64,000 bases of DNA from Andalucia godoyi And28 (GCA_009859145.1 VRVR01000009.1:212392-276391); one strand, 5' to 3'. Numbered from the stretch's first letter, positions 48,155-60,366 are shown. Translations and numbers: made by a program. The notes: a model not told the origin generated them from the letters alone.

Positions 48155-51100
48155 TCAAACGCTCTTGTACAGTTGTTCGTGGTCATCTTCGTCTTCCGGG
48201 TCCAGGGCGTTTTTAATGCCTTCCGCAGCTTTGCTCACAGCCCCGGCCACACCTGTCAATGGGGAAACGAACGCGATGGGCACGGCACGAAGCACAGAGG
48301 ATCCATCTTGGAAAGGGACAAATACCACAGCACGATAGGCATTCTCAATCCCGCCTCGGAGGTCGTCCGCTGCAAGCGACAGTCCCTCGCTGACGGAATG
48401 TGCGGTTCGGTGTGCACCATCATGAGACACCCGACCAGAAAAGGCAGCAAGCAGCGTCTGCAAGCCCGACGCAGCTTGTGATGCGACTCCGAACGCTTCC
48501 GATGTCAGATTCTTTGCAAACGAACTGACACCCTTAGAGATACCCCGCATCAAACGCCGGTCCTTCTTGAATTGCTCAAAGGGAATGATGAACAAGTCTG
48601 CAAACCCTGAACCGACACGGTACACGGTACGAAAAGGTGGCACACCGCCAATGCACTTGTGAAGCTGGGATCTTCGAATATCAGGAATCCAAACGTTAGC
48701 AAACTGCTCAATGACTTCTGCGATCCCGGAGCAACCGCGAGCACACAAAGCACGAAAACTGAGTTCAACACCTTTCAGAGGGAAAAAATTGAGCAGCTCC
48801 AGATATCCTCCTTCTTTCAACTTCACATAGTCAACCCGTTTCGGAGCATAATCTATTTTCACGGCAGTGTCGGTCAACATTTGCACAGAAGCAAAAAATA
48901 TGGGCTGATACGTAATGGTGTCATCTGGACGACTTCCGACGACAACGATATCCGATTCGTAGTGAACAAAGAATTCCAAGAAAAAGTCCACGGCATCCTG
49001 ATCAATGTTCAGACGAACCGGTAAGATATGAAACGTCAATGCATTGTGCAGCGCGGAATCCCACGAGATTCGCGCAAAGCTCGTGCCACTCTCGCGAGTT
49101 CGGCCGCCCTTGTTCCAACAGTACAGCAACTTGTTGCGCTCCGACGTCTGAATTCGATCGAAGATCTCTACATTGCGAATCGAACAGTGCAGATGAGTCT
49201 GAACATTCGATTCGGACGGGAATACAAACAGGTACAGCTCAAGACCATCAATAACGACCTCTAACATACGAGATGTATTGCGAAAGGCCAGCTCTCCCCC
49301 AAAGTCATTCCCTCCAAACAAAGACCAAGACAATGAAACGTCCTCAAACATAATGGAAGTATGCGGCGGAAGCGAGAATGGTTTCAACATGGCTTGCACA
49401 TGTGCCTGCGGGTCCTTTGCGCTGGACGAAACATAGTCCGAGACGATTTGCCACTTGGAGCCCGGTCGAAGAAATCCATCCCCGCTGCCTTGTTCTTGAA
49501 CAAGATCGAACAAATACAGATCGTCACCATCGCTGACTCGTGTAGACTCGGCAACTCCAATCGGTCGACGATTTTTCCTGCTTGAAAAACGACCCGCTGA
49601 TCTGGACACGTGGTCTTCAAAAAACGAGACTCTATGATCCAAGCGCTTTGTGGAAGACGAAGGCGAAAAGAAGTTTGCAGAAAGGGCATTTAGGATATCG
49701 CTTTCCGACTTATCCGCCGAGAAACGGATCGAAAACGCCGACGGGGTTGTGTCCAGCTCCTGCGAAACATCCACAATAGACGACGATCTCGATGCTTGCG
49801 AAGACGGTACGGAGTCCGGGATAGTCATCGGCTCAGCAGATGATGTGCCATCACCACCTGGAACGGACGCACCAGAAACAGTTGTCGACTCATCCGCACT
49901 CAGAGATGCTACCAGGACGCTCACCGTGTGAACAAACACTGCAAAAGAATCTCTGCACGTCGAGAGACTCATTTTCCCGCCAGAGCAGAGCACCTGGGTC
50001 TCAACGTTTTCTTTCGAATAGGGCGGCTTCGGATACACCAACGTCAGTCGCACATGTTCTATTGCAAGACATGGGCAGAAATCGAGTCTCCGCAAATAGT
50101 CGTTGAAACTAGGATTCTCATCTGCCCGAAGATGGGTCCTCTGCCGGCGCATGAGGAGGACGTCTGACAGAAAGAGAGGATGCAAGTAGAAAGTCGCACG
50201 AGAGACGTCAATCACAATTTGAGAGTCTGAAGACGGCGAAACGGCCGTGTGCAAAGCCAAACTCTCGAGCAAAATGACTGTCATGCCGTCTGATTGCGAC
50301 CTTTCTGGAATGACATTGATGCAGCTGTTTGCAAAGGAAACATCGACATCAGTCAAAGACGGAGAGGAGCGCCGCGGAAAAGCAATCAGCGCGGGATCTG
50401 GATAAGAGTCTGCAGGCGACAGGGAGACAAAATTGAAAATATCGAATATCCACGTCCATTTGCCGCTTTGATTGGAGTAGTCCAGCGCGAGGGATCGGAA
50501 GCGAAACAAAACGCTCGTCTTGTTTACGCTCCACAATGGATCGAAGCACACGCGAATGTGGCCAAAACCGACAATCGATGATTTTGGCAAAGACGCAATG
50601 CGATGGGAACTGCGGAGCAAGAAAATACTGCCAGCAGATGCAGGAGTAGTCGCTTGCGATCGAAGAAAAGCCATTTCTGCATTATCCAAAGTGTTGGATC
50701 GAAGGAAAGACAAACTTCCGACTGAAAGAAAAACGTCTGTCAAAGAGGTATTGCTCAAAATTAGTGTCTTCAGGGAGGTCGCAACGAAAATAATAGAATT
50801 AGCGTGCGGAGGCAAAAGAGAAAATTGAATGGACTGGAAGCTCAAGGATATTGCCGTTCCAGATGGTGAAGCAGACGCCGACGGAACAGCGGAAAGGCCA
50901 TCCACAACACGGTTCAGAATGCAGACGAGACCATGAAACGTGCGATTCGAAAAATAACAATGCATTCTCGAGATTTGTATGTCCACTGACATGAAGTTTG
51001 AATCAGGGAATTCTCGCAGTGGATCTGCCACGCCACCCAACCAGGCCTGGGTGTCTGCCGTTGTCCGGAAGTGCTCATCGACGATATTCTGTTTCGACAA

Positions 51101-53254
51101 ATCCTTGAAGGGGACCGTAATAGTCAGTGCTTCCGGAGACCACGCGCACGGGTTTGGATGTTTTGTTCGAAACCTCGGCACTACGTCGGGGTCCAGCACC
51201 GCATCCATGGATTCTGTCACAATATGAACCGAGTACTCGCTTGAGACACATCGAATTTCCTTTGACGAAACGTTCATTTCAAAATCCATAGACCGAAACA
51301 CCACGGATTTGAACGCAAATGTGTCACGGAACCAAGTTCTGCTTTCTTCCTTCACAGAAAGATAGGCGTCAACGCAGCGGAAAGAGACTGTGACAGAAAA
51401 AGCATCTGCTGGAGGATCCCTTGAAGGCGAGGCATCCACCGAGGAGCCGGACGATGCAGCAAGGGCGTTCTTCAAAAAACGTGAAAGTACTTGGACTGAC
51501 CACGGATCCAGAACAAGCAGCAGCACATCCGCCGAAACGACGACAGACGTGCTGCTCCCATTTGACGTATGCGCTATTCGGAAAGAACCTGGAATTGAAA
51601 TAACACGCTCTTCTCGTCCGGCAGTAACCCACTCCTGAACACATTGCACGCTGCCCGCTTGAACAACCACGGTCGTGACGATAGCCTCCTGTTCTTTGGA
51701 GTAACTTCCTTGTATTGTAGTGGAGGATAGCGAAAAGGTGATGGAACTCGCGTCGGAATCAAGCACCTGATATCGCACATCGAGAGAGCGAAGAGACAGT
51801 GCAAACGTGAATTTCGGAAAAAAACTGGCACTATCGGTGTCGGCGACCACTTGACCTTGGTGTGTGACTGGGTCGTCTGAACATTCGTAAAACTCATCAC
51901 TATCCGGTGATTGCGGTTCTCCAACATGCTCTGCAGACTTGCTGTTCATCAATGCTGACCGAAGGAGGACATCCGATAACGGTCGGACAACACCGTATCC
52001 GATTGCATCATCTTTCGATACCACACTGGACACGAGCAGCGAGGCGTCGTTCAGCGCGGAGAGGAATCGATGAAGACACGCGAATGTGCGATCAGTGAAG
52101 GAGAGGAGAATATGCGGAAGAGACGTAACGATGCTAATTTCAGAAGGAGACTTGTCCGTGTTGACTGAAAACATGCAAAGAAGCGGATCTCTAGAAGAAA
52201 TGCGGACAAACTCGTGGCTATGGCCACTGAAATTTCCAGGGACGACTGTCGCTCCATGAAGCGACGACGGTGCGTCAACGTCAGCATCAGAAACATCATG
52301 CTTTTCTTCTGCTGCTTCTTCCTCATCGGAGGAGAACGAAAACTCGCGTTCAGAGCGACTTTCGAAGACCACAGAAACGCCTTCTATACAAACGACCTTT
52401 TTCAGAACTCCTTCTACCCAAGACTTTGGCTCTGATTCTCGCATTTCCGATAGTTTCTGCGAATATTTGAAGTCTTCCGTGGATCGGACCGAGAATGATT
52501 CCATCGTCAATACAACCGACGACGAAGCAGAGCTTTCCTCGTCATGGGAGTACTCCAGTTCGATGTGTAACTTCCGGAATTCTATGGTGACATTCGAAAG
52601 CAAGCGATCCAGCAAAGATCCAATTACGGAAACGTCATCTGTGCTGTGTGCCGAACCCCGAGAAGAAGAGGTAGGTGAGCTGGCAAAATCCCCTCCATAT
52701 CCCGTGGGCCTCTCGTACGCTTTCATACGATCCGACTCAAAAGCACCGCCACCGCGACCACCACGACCACCACGACCATCATCATAACCCTCATCGTCAT
52801 CGCTGAACACATCATTCAGCAATTCATCTTTCCGGACGTCTCCGAGCAAGATGCTTCGAACAAGAATATCTTCGTTCTGCGCTAACGGGTGCTTCCGGAA
52901 CGACGACTGGTGGACAGACTGTGTGCCCCACATGTCATCTGCAGACTTGAGCCTAAAGCACAAGACAGAGTCTTCAACGATGATCTGGATCGGCTGTTGG
53001 ATGAGCGCAGTGAACGGGACAGAAACTGAGAGCTTGCCGAGGGTCCCACGAGTCAGCAAGAACGGAAGCGTCTCCAGTTTCTCATTCACACATGCCACAT
53101 TCAAGCGCAGATCAGAAAGTGAAAACAACCCCGAGAACAGGCGAACCTCTAGGTCTTCAATGCGCACCTCATGCGATAAATACTCTCCAAACAGTCGCTT
53201 GATGAGGAACTTGACAACTTTCTTCTCAAGCATGCCTATAAATGGAATATTCAT
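48155..53254 (-). CDS. ATG2: Autophagy lipid-transfer protein ATG2, 1699 aa
   Basis: Chorein-N start (KFLIKRLFGEYL...LSDLRLN); C-terminal IDYAPKRVD...ELLNFFPL and PPFRTVYRVGSGFADL...RGISKG. Confidence 0.9.
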   Translation of the reverse strand: MNIPFIGMLEKKVVKFLIKRLFGEYLSHEVRIEDLEVRLFSGLFSLSDLRLNVACVNEKLETLPFLLTRGTLGKLSVSVPFTALIQQPIQIIVEDSVLCFRLKSADDMWGTQSVHQSSFRKHPLAQNEDILVRSILLGDVRKDELLNDVFSDDDEGYDDGRGGRGGRGGGAFESDRMKAYERPTGYGGDFASSPTSSSRGSAHSTDDVSVIGSLLDRLLSNVTIEFRKLHIELEYSHDEESSASSSVVLTMESFSVRSTEDFKYSQKLSEMRESEPKSWVEGVLKKVVCIEGVSVVFESRSEREFSFSSDEEEAAEEKHDVSDADVDAPSSLHGATVVPGNFSGHSHEFVRISSRDPLLCMFSVNTDKSPSEISIVTSLPHILLSFTDRTFACLHRFLSALNDASLLVSSVVSKDDAIGYGVVRPLSDVLLRSALMNSKSAEHVGEPQSPDSDEFYECSDDPVTHQGQVVADTDSASFFPKFTFALSLRSLDVRYQVLDSDASSITFSLSSTTIQGSYSKEQEAIVTTVVVQAGSVQCVQEWVTAGREERVISIPGSFRIAHTSNGSSTSVVVSADVLLLVLDPWSVQVLSRFLKNALAASSGSSVDASPSRDPPADAFSVTVSFRCVDAYLSVKEESRTWFRDTFAFKSVVFRSMDFEMNVSSKEIRCVSSEYSVHIVTESMDAVLDPDVVPRFRTKHPNPCAWSPEALTITVPFKDLSKQNIVDEHFRTTADTQAWLGGVADPLREFPDSNFMSVDIQISRMHCYFSNRTFHGLVCILNRVVDGLSAVPSASASPSGTAISLSFQSIQFSLLPPHANSIIFVATSLKTLILSNTSLTDVFLSVGSLSFLRSNTLDNAEMAFLRSQATTPASAGSIFLLRSSHRIASLPKSSIVGFGHIRVCFDPLWSVNKTSVLFRFRSLALDYSNQSGKWTWIFDIFNFVSLSPADSYPDPALIAFPRRSSPSLTDVDVSFANSCINVIPERSQSDGMTVILLESLALHTAVSPSSDSQIVIDVSRATFYLHPLFLSDVLLMRRQRTHLRADENPSFNDYLRRLDFCPCLAIEHVRLTLVYPKPPYSKENVETQVLCSGGKMSLSTCRDSFAVFVHTVSVLVASLSADESTTVSGASVPGGDGTSSAEPMTIPDSVPSSQASRSSSIVDVSQELDTTPSAFSIRFSADKSESDILNALSANFFSPSSSTKRLDHRVSFFEDHVSRSAGRFSSRKNRRPIGVAESTRVSDGDDLYLFDLVQEQGSGDGFLRPGSKWQIVSDYVSSSAKDPQAHVQAMLKPFSLPPHTSIMFEDVSLSWSLFGGNDFGGELAFRNTSRMLEVVIDGLELYLFVFPSESNVQTHLHCSIRNVEIFDRIQTSERNKLLYCWNKGGRTRESGTSFARISWDSALHNALTFHILPVRLNIDQDAVDFFLEFFVHYESDIVVVGSRPDDTITYQPIFFASVQMLTDTAVKIDYAPKRVDYVKLKEGGYLELLNFFPLKGVELSFRALCARGCSGIAEVIEQFANVWIPDIRRSQLHKCIGGVPPFRTVYRVGSGFADLFIIPFEQFKKDRRLMRGISKGVSSFAKNLTSEAFGVASQAASGLQTLLAAFSGRVSHDGAHRTAHSVSEGLSLAADDLRGGIENAYRAVVFVPFQDGSSVLRAVPIAFVSPLTGVAGAVSKAAEGIKNALDPEDEDDHEQLYKSV

Positions 53255-53633
53255 CTTCTTTGTCCTCTTCGAAAAAGATGCATGTCGAAATCCAAGGAAA
53301 AATCGTTGGAATCCTGAAACAACACTAACTCTTTTCCGTTCTATGCTTCCGCAGTAAAAAAATGTATATATATATATGTGTGTATATGTAATTTAGAGAT
53401 ATGAAAAAATAGCACTAATAAAAATGGTGATAATGTGAAGTGAGGAAAGAGAGCACATCGTTGTGGAATCGGAGCAAAGTGCCGGATCTCCATGTCGACA
53501 GATGTCGAAGTCGACATGAAACCCTGACGCAAAGAAGGTCAGCAAACACTCGTTTTCGTCTTTTGTGCTCCGTGGACTTTTTTATAAAATTCTTAAATTT
53601 TTATTCGAGTTTCTTTTTGTTTCAGAGGAGATT

Positions 53634-53673
<40 letters not shown>

Positions 53674-53714
53674 CTACACGGAAAATCCGCGCGAAGACAA
53701 GACAAGAAGGGAAA

Positions 53715-54425
53715 ATGCAGCGTGTATTGTGCTATGGAGGAGCTGGAGCTCTTGGTCGATCCGTGGTCGAGTATCTTGTATCGCAGTCAGTGGTCGTTTA
53801 CTCGGTTGATGTGGCTGCGAATCCTAAAGCTTCGCATTCGGTGACCGTTGATCCGACAAAGTCTCATGAGGAACAGTGCGCGACTCTGTCTTCTGACCTG
53901 TCTTCGCTCTTGCCCTCGGCACGCTCTTTGGATGCTGTGATTTGCGTGGCGGGAGGCTGGGCTGGCGGAAACGCAGCTTCAAAGTCGACAATCGCCAACA
54001 CGGTGTCGATGGTGAATGTCTCGCTCATGACTTCGGTGATTGCGGCGCACATTGCAACATTGTTTTTGCGGCCGGGCGGCCTCCTGCTTCTTACTGGGTC
54101 GCAAGCTGCACTCGGCGCGACCCCCGGGATGATTGGGTATGGCGCCGCAAAGGCCGCCGTGCATCAACTTGTAAAGTCGCTTGCCGCGCAAGGCTCTGGG
54201 CTTGCAGAGGGCGTCGCCGTCGTAGGCATCTTGCCGGAAACTCTGGATACTCCTGCGAACCGCGCTGGAATGCCAGGCGCTGACTTTTCTGCTTGGACTC
54301 CGTGTGAAGACGTTGCCAAGAAAATTGCACTCTGGGGTGCGAACACGGAAGAACGCCCGGTCTCAGGGGCGCTCGTGTCGGTCACGACTCGGGCCAGTCT
54401 CACTACATGGTCTGTTGTCGCGTAA
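53715..54425 (+). CDS. QDPR: Dihydropteridine reductase (SDR family), 236 aa
   Basis: VLCYGGAGALG, CVAGGWAGG, YGAAKAAVHQL (YxxxK), LPETLDTPANR...ADFSAWTP. Confidence 0.93.
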   Translation: MQRVLCYGGAGALGRSVVEYLVSQSVVVYSVDVAANPKASHSVTVDPTKSHEEQCATLSSDLSSLLPSARSLDAVICVAGGWAGGNAASKSTIANTVSMVNVSLMTSVIAAHIATLFLRPGGLLLLTGSQAALGATPGMIGYGAAKAAVHQLVKSLAAQGSGLAEGVAVVGILPETLDTPANRAGMPGADFSAWTPCEDVAKKIALWGANTEERPVSGALVSVTTRASLTTWSVVA

Positions 54426-54670
54426 ACACACCTCTTTATGACTATGACTATGATTATGATTTGGGAGGTGCAGGGAATTGCCATGGCAGGGGTCTCGGTG
54501 TGTGACAGTCTGTCAAAATCACGTGGCATGCACATTGTGTGGACTCAAAACAAGAGAAAAAGAAACCAACAAAGAATGAAAAGGAACAAATGAAGAAGAA
54601 TGTGCACAAAACGAACGACGGGTCAATATGTATGTACGGTGTGCCATCATTGTTGGCGTTGCTGTTGTTG

Positions 54671-55882
54671 TTATCTATTACTCGAATGTACGCCAGAACA
54701 AGCCCACGAACCCCCGGGCTTCAGACTCCAGAATCGTACTGTGGCATCGTCGCCAGCAGACGAGAGAACGGTTCCCGTGGCATTGAAATCGATCTTTTGC
54801 ACCTCTGCATTGTGGTCGAGAAATCTCCCAACGCAGTCCGAGACCCATTTCACTGTTGAATCCACCCGTTTCTGCGAGACCTGGAATATCTGTACAGCGC
54901 CATCCTTGCCGCACGAAGCAACCAGATGAAACGACCTTCCCATCGATGGAGCCCACGACACCCCGGTCACTGCTCCCACATGCGAGCCAACATTGCACAT
55001 TAATGCCCACCCTCGAGAATTTGGTAGCTGCTCCCACATCGTGACACCTCCTCGTCCATCACCCACAAGGATGACAGCATTCTCTGGCGACATTCTCGAC
55101 GGACACCACCCGATGCACGTGCATCCATCTCGACTTACCTCAAACTCGTCCATCAGCTGCCAATACGTCAACTTTGACATATCTGAGCATTGATATACTC
55201 GAACAAACCCGTCCAAAGAACACAGCGCGAGCTTAAGCCCCATGTGTCGCGGAGCAAACTTCACGTCCAAAACAGAATCTCTCGAGTCGAGCAGCTTTGT
55301 CTTTTCATCCCAGCCGCGGATCTTTTCGTGAGCACCGCCCGATGGCCCTCCCCCAGTGGAAGACGCGACTGTTGTGGACCCTGATGCTGCTGATCCTGAT
55401 CCTGATCCTGATCCGGACGACGATGATGATGATGATGACGACGACGACGACGAAGAAGAGGTGGGAGGGCCTCCGGATGCAGAATTTGTTTGCAGTTGCG
55501 ATGCAGAACTTGTCTTTTCAAAAGAATCCAAAGGCTCCATCCACACCTTGACCGACCTGTCCATGGAAGACGAAGCCAGGATCTGTCCGAATTCCGGGTG
55601 CGCCCACGAGACCTTGTACACCGGCCCGTCATGGCACGTCCACTCGGCAGCGCAAAAGTACTGCTGATGACTGCTGCTGCTGCTGCTGCTACTGTTGCTG
55701 CTGCTCCCCGTGGCACTCGTGACGGGGTTTGGAGACGCGCGCTGATCCCACACGCGAATGGCCCCATCCGATCCACACGTTGCCAATCGTCGTCCATAGT
55801 AGTCGTATTCCGCACAGTGAATAACCTCCTTGTGCTGACTGTCAAACACACACGCTGGTCGAAACACGGAACTGTATTCCAT
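54671..55882 (-). CDS. SEH1: WD40 nucleoporin/GATOR2 subunit SEH1, 403 aa
   Basis: YDYYGRRLATCGSD, VSWAHPEFGQILAS, DSRDSVLDVKFAPRHMGLKLA; two Ser-rich insertions. Confidence 0.9.
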   Translation of the reverse strand: MEYSSVFRPACVFDSQHKEVIHCAEYDYYGRRLATCGSDGAIRVWDQRASPNPVTSATGSSSNSSSSSSSSHQQYFCAAEWTCHDGPVYKVSWAHPEFGQILASSSMDRSVKVWMEPLDSFEKTSSASQLQTNSASGGPPTSSSSSSSSSSSSSSSGSGSGSGSAASGSTTVASSTGGGPSGGAHEKIRGWDEKTKLLDSRDSVLDVKFAPRHMGLKLALCSLDGFVRVYQCSDMSKLTYWQLMDEFEVSRDGCTCIGWCPSRMSPENAVILVGDGRGGVTMWEQLPNSRGWALMCNVGSHVGAVTGVSWAPSMGRSFHLVASCGKDGAVQIFQVSQKRVDSTVKWVSDCVGRFLDHNAEVQKIDFNATGTVLSSAGDDATVRFWSLKPGGSWACSGVHSSNR

Positions 55883-56087
55883 TCTCTTCTCTTTCCTTTC
55901 CTTTTCTTTCTGATTCTCGAATCAGCAAGACCACACGCAATTGTCCTCGAAAACGTTTTCTGCTTCATTTGCGCCATGCAGCTCGTGCACAAAATCAAGC
56001 AAAAAAAAAAAATCAGCAGCAGCTGGCATCAATTGAGCCTGGGACATGTAAAACAGAAACACATTTAACCCTCCTCCCCTATCGGAA

Positions 56088-56095
56088 AAACCCTA
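56088..56095 (+). promoter_or_regulatory. Telo-box-like motif AAACCCTA(G) in the SEH1/zinc-finger divergent spacer
   Basis: Exact AAACCCTAGCC about 205 bp upstream of the SEH1 ATG. Confidence 0.35.
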
Positions 56096-56251
56096 GCCTT
56101 CCCTCTCTCTCTCCCTTCCCCCAACGCCCGGTCTTCTCATGGTTTTCCCCCAACCACATCCACACACTTGGATGATGAACCAAAAAACCAAAAAGGCTGA
56201 TTCGTTCGCAGAACACCGAATCTCCCGTTTTTTTTTTTGCACGTCTTTTGC

Positions 56252-56284
<33 letters not shown>

Positions 56285-56605
56285 GATAATTAATATTCAT
56301 ATAATAATAATTTGATTTGATATATATATATATATATTGTTGCCCTCTTGTTTTTTTCTGACCTTCGGCTTCCTCGTGCAGATTCAATTTACTCAGTCGT
56401 TGGACACTCTTCTCTGTTCTCCTGTGTCCTTCTCTCTCTCTTTGGATCGTTCGTCTGTGTGTGCCGATCTGAACATTTTTTTCTAAATACCATTCTTTTT
56501 CATTTTTATTTTCATTTAAATTTTAAATTCTTGCTTCTTTCTTTCTTTCTGTTCTGTTCTGTTCTGTTCCGTTGCAATTCTTGTTCTGGATCGTGCGTGG
56601 TGGTG

Positions 56606-56654
56606 GTTATTCTTCTTGTTATTCTTCTTGTTATTCTTCTTGTTATTCTTCTTG
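56606..56654. repeat. (GTTATTCTTCTT)4 tandem repeat upstream of the zinc-finger gene
   Basis: Four exact 12-bp units. Confidence 0.9.
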
Positions 56655-56715
56655 CTAGAGTAATTGTTGCTTGTTTGGTGCGCTTTACGATTGCGTTTAC
56701 AAATAGAGTGGAAGA

Positions 56716-57780
56716 ATGTCTAAGCCCCAAAGTGCATCTTATCATCATCCTTATCAGTCACAACCTCTGAATTCGCAACTGCAACCATCTCAACCACAGT
56801 CACAGTCACAGTCACAGTCACAGTCGCAGTCGCAGTCGCAACAACATTCATCGTCTTTTACAATGCTGCAATCGCCGCTGTCGCTTCCTTGTTCTCCTGG
56901 ACCGACGTTCTTGGATAATGCTCCACCGCCTCTGTCCGTCGTGATCGCTCCGTCTCCATACGCTTCGCATGGACCAATGTCCCTCACCTCGCTTTCGCAT
57001 TCGCAGTTTCAGCAGTTCCAATCGCACCAATATCAGCACCATCAACATCAACCACAGCAACATCACCAGCAACACCAGCAGCAGCATCATCATCATCACC
57101 AACAGCAGCAACAACAACAACAGATGATGATGAACCCATTTGTTATTGGACCTTCTTCGGTGTATTCGACGAATGTTCTGCAGTCGCCATCAGTGATGGA
57201 TGTTCTTCCCACGCCGGCTTCTTCGTTGTTCCCAACGACGGTTTCGCCACGATCACAGTCAGCATTCCATTATCCTGCAGTGTCCACCACCTCTTCTTCT
57301 TCTTCCTCCTCCTCGTCATCATCATCGTCGATTCCGTCGGCATCGACTTCTACCTTGTTTTCGTCTTCAAATAACGGCATTCCTGCTTCACCGCAGTATT
57401 CGAAGAACAGTAGTAGCAGTAACAACAACAGCAACAACAACATTAGCAGCAGCAGCAACATCAGCAACAACAGTAGCGGTAACTGTGGCAGCGTGAATTA
57501 CAGCAACCAGGCTGGCGCAGCAGTGGCAGGGGCTCCATCGACCGCATTACCAAGCGCAGGAGTGTTGACATCGTCTATTTTTGGAGCTGGGAGTGCGATG
57601 CCTGCGTTCAACATGATGACTCCTACAACAAACTCGAATCCACCAACGCCAATGTCGTTTTCCGTGTTGTCAGGGGGATCGCTTAGCTTGAATAATGGGA
57701 ATGTGGCTGGTGAGGATTCGGCCTCGCATGCAAGTAATCTGATTGTCACACACAACCATGGCAGCCATCTCCACCAATAT

Positions 57781-57848
<68 letters not shown>

Positions 57849-58830
57849 TTTGCAGCATCATCAACATTTACCGCAGCAGCCACAACATCTAAATACAAAT
57901 GCAGGTCTTACCAGCAATGGCGGTGGACTGGCCAAACTTTCTGTATTCACGTCTGAGAAGGAGCTAGAGTTGCATCGAAGAGTGTCCGACACCTCGGAGT
58001 CCTTGTCGAACCAGCACATCATGCATGTACAACATCATTCGCAGCCACCGCAAATGCTGCAACAGCAGCAGCAACTCCTTCTTCTTCAGCAGCAGCAGCA
58101 ACAGCAGCAGCAATTGTTATCCGGAGCGTCTGGTGTATCAACTACTGACGGGAGGTCTTCATCATCTTTTGGAAGTGGGGGAAAATCAGATACGAGCTCG
58201 TTCTCGGAAGGTGCGAAGATTCCTTTTGCGTCGGCGTTTTCCACGCTGGTGTCTGGTCTAGGCAAGTTCAAGCCAAATCCGAAAGTGCAGCCTCGTGGAG
58301 AGTCGTTGTATCCGTTGGCGTCCGCTCAGCCATCGCCCCTTTTCCCACTTCGCACACCCCGAATCGAAACACTGACTCCGGGTTCCATGTATATTCCAGG
58401 GTCTGCAGATTCCGAGATTGGCAATGATCCGAGGTCTGGACACGGCGGAAAGCTGATGCATGCCGGCGGCATTCTCGGTGGAGATGATCACCCAGATGGT
58501 GAAGTCGATGTTGTGGATGGCGACAAGCAGCACATCTGCCCATACCCGAACTGCGGAAAGGTTTTTGGGCACCCAACCAACTTGCGGCGCCATCTGCGCG
58601 TACATACAGGGGAGAAGCCTTTCCAATGCAGACATACCGGATGTGACAAGACATTCGCGCGAAGATGCGATTTGCTAACACACGAAAGAACCCACACCGG
58701 AGAGAGGCCGTATGTTTGCTCCGTCAAGGGCTGTGGAAAGTCGTTTACTACTTGCTCCAACTTGCGGCGGCATGAGAAGACGCACGGCATTGAGCACCAT
58801 GACTCGCCTGCCGGTGACGATGCAGAGTAA
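56716..58830 (+). CDS. C2H2 zinc-finger transcription factor: three C-terminal fingers and a long Q/S/N/H-rich region, 704 aa
   Basis: CPYPNC...[16 protein letters not shown]...[16 protein letters not shown]...HEKTH; polyQ and polyS tracts. Confidence 0.95.
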
Positions 58831-59023
58831 TTCCAGGAAGGGAAAGGGGGAGGAAGGAAAAAAAAAAAAAAGAAAGAAAAAGAAAAAGCCAGAAAATGCA
58901 GACTTATTAAAAATAATAATAAAAAATTTAAAAACGACATTCTGAACGATAAGAGTGTTTCATTTTTTCCTTCTTCAGCCTATCTATCTGCTACACATGT
59001 AATACAAGCAAGGGGAGTTTCGC

Positions 59024-59800
59024 TCACTTCTTGAGGCGGGCGTCACGCTCCTGGATGATGGACTTCTTGACACCCTTGTCCTTCGGGAGGGAAATCCAAG
59101 ACTCCTTACCCTTTCCGATAACGAAAACGTTGGCAATACGGGTGGAGAACTCGTGTCCGGCAGCATCACGAAGATGGATGATGTCGAACGCACCTGGGTG
59201 GCGTTCACGGTGAACAAACTCACCAACACGGCCGATGTTGGCACCTCCGGTGACAATGGCTACATTGCCAACTTCGAACTTTGCAAAGTCCACAACCTTG
59301 CCCGAGGCAAGATCAACCTTGACAGTGTCGTTCACGCAGATTGTCGGGTCAGAGTAGCGGAAAGTGCGTCCGTCGTTGGTGGCAATGTACGGGATGTCCT
59401 TGTCGCCAACAGAGTTCTTGACAACGCGGCACAGCTTGAACGATGCCTCTGCCTCGTTGATGCGGTGGAGAGTAAAGCGCCCCTTGGTGTCGTAGATCAA
59501 GCGGAAGGTGTCATTGACACGGTCGATCTGGACAACGTCGAAAACTCCGGTCGGGTAGTTGACATCCGTGCGAACCTTTCCGTCAACTTTGACCAAACGC
59601 TGCATAACAATCTGAATAGCCTCACGACGAGTCAAGGCGTACTTCAGGCGGTTGCGGAGCAAGAGAACCATGGGAATGCACTCACGCAGCTTGTGGGGTC
59701 CTGCAGAAGGACGGGGTGCCCAGACTCCTCCCATCTTGGAAAGCATCCAGTGGGACGGAGCATTCAAACGCTTCAAGTGGTGCTTGGGTCCTCGAACCAT
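59024..59800 (-). CDS. RPS4: 40S ribosomal protein eS4, 258 aa
   Basis: [57 protein letters not shown]. Confidence 0.98.
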   Translation of the reverse strand: MVRGPKHHLKRLNAPSHWMLSKMGGVWAPRPSAGPHKLRECIPMVLLLRNRLKYALTRREAIQIVMQRLVKVDGKVRTDVNYPTGVFDVVQIDRVNDTFRLIYDTKGRFTLHRINEAEASFKLCRVVKNSVGDKDIPYIATNDGRTFRYSDPTICVNDTVKVDLASGKVVDFAKFEVGNVAIVTGGANIGRVGEFVHRERHPGAFDIIHLRDAAGHEFSTRIANVFVIGKGKESWISLPKDKGVKKSIIQERDARLKK

Positions 59801-59803
59801 CCT

Positions 59804-59931
59804 CTATTATCAAATGTATGCCGGAAGCAAGAGAACGACAACGCAGAAAGCAGACAGGAGAAAAGAAAAACGGAAAAAAGAAAGAGAAACGGGGTGACCT
59901 AAGACAACAGTCCATTCCCCAAATTACATAC
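59804..59931 (-). other. Probable 5'-UTR intron of RPS4
   Basis: GTATGT donor at 59931, polypyrimidine tract, TAG acceptor 3 nt before the ATG. Matches the donor consensus of the coding introns. Confidence 0.55.
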
Positions 59932-59976
59932 TGCACCATATGGGAATGAAAAGAGGTGAAGACCTTCTCCAATGAA

Positions 59977-59993
59977 AAACCCTACAAACCCTA
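59977..59993 (+). promoter_or_regulatory. Tandem telo-box-like motifs in the RPS4/RPF2 divergent promoter
   Basis: AAACCCTA at 59977-59984 and 59986-59993; CCCTAA at 60023-60028. Confidence 0.55.
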
Positions 59994-60366
59994 GCCCTCG
60001 GGGATTTTGCCCCAGTAACCTTCCCTAATGAAACGTCGTTAAATAAAAAAATTCAAATTCAAATTGAAAAATAAAATAAAACAGCACTACAACAGGCACT
60101 CTCACTGCACGTTTTCGTCTTTTGTTTTTTTCTCGTTCAAAACTTCAAATTGATGCTTGAGTCATCCCGGAATATTTAATTTTTTTTTCTTTTGATTCGC
60201 TCTTGCTTTTTCCCTTTTTGCGGCTTTGATATCGCTGACTTGCATTTTTTTTTGCGTTCTGCATTTTTGCGTTCTGAAAATTTATTTTTCCCTCCTTAAT
60301 TATTACAAATCCAATTGCTGGTGTCCCGGAAAACAACGTAAATCAATTCTAGAGGGCCGCAAAACC

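Noticed and set aside
56170-56205. Box C (ATGATGA) and CTGA pair
   Set aside because: Only about 18 nt apart with no terminal stem; too short for a snoRNA. Similar lone box pairs near 33720 and 41305 also lack stems or a terminal box D.
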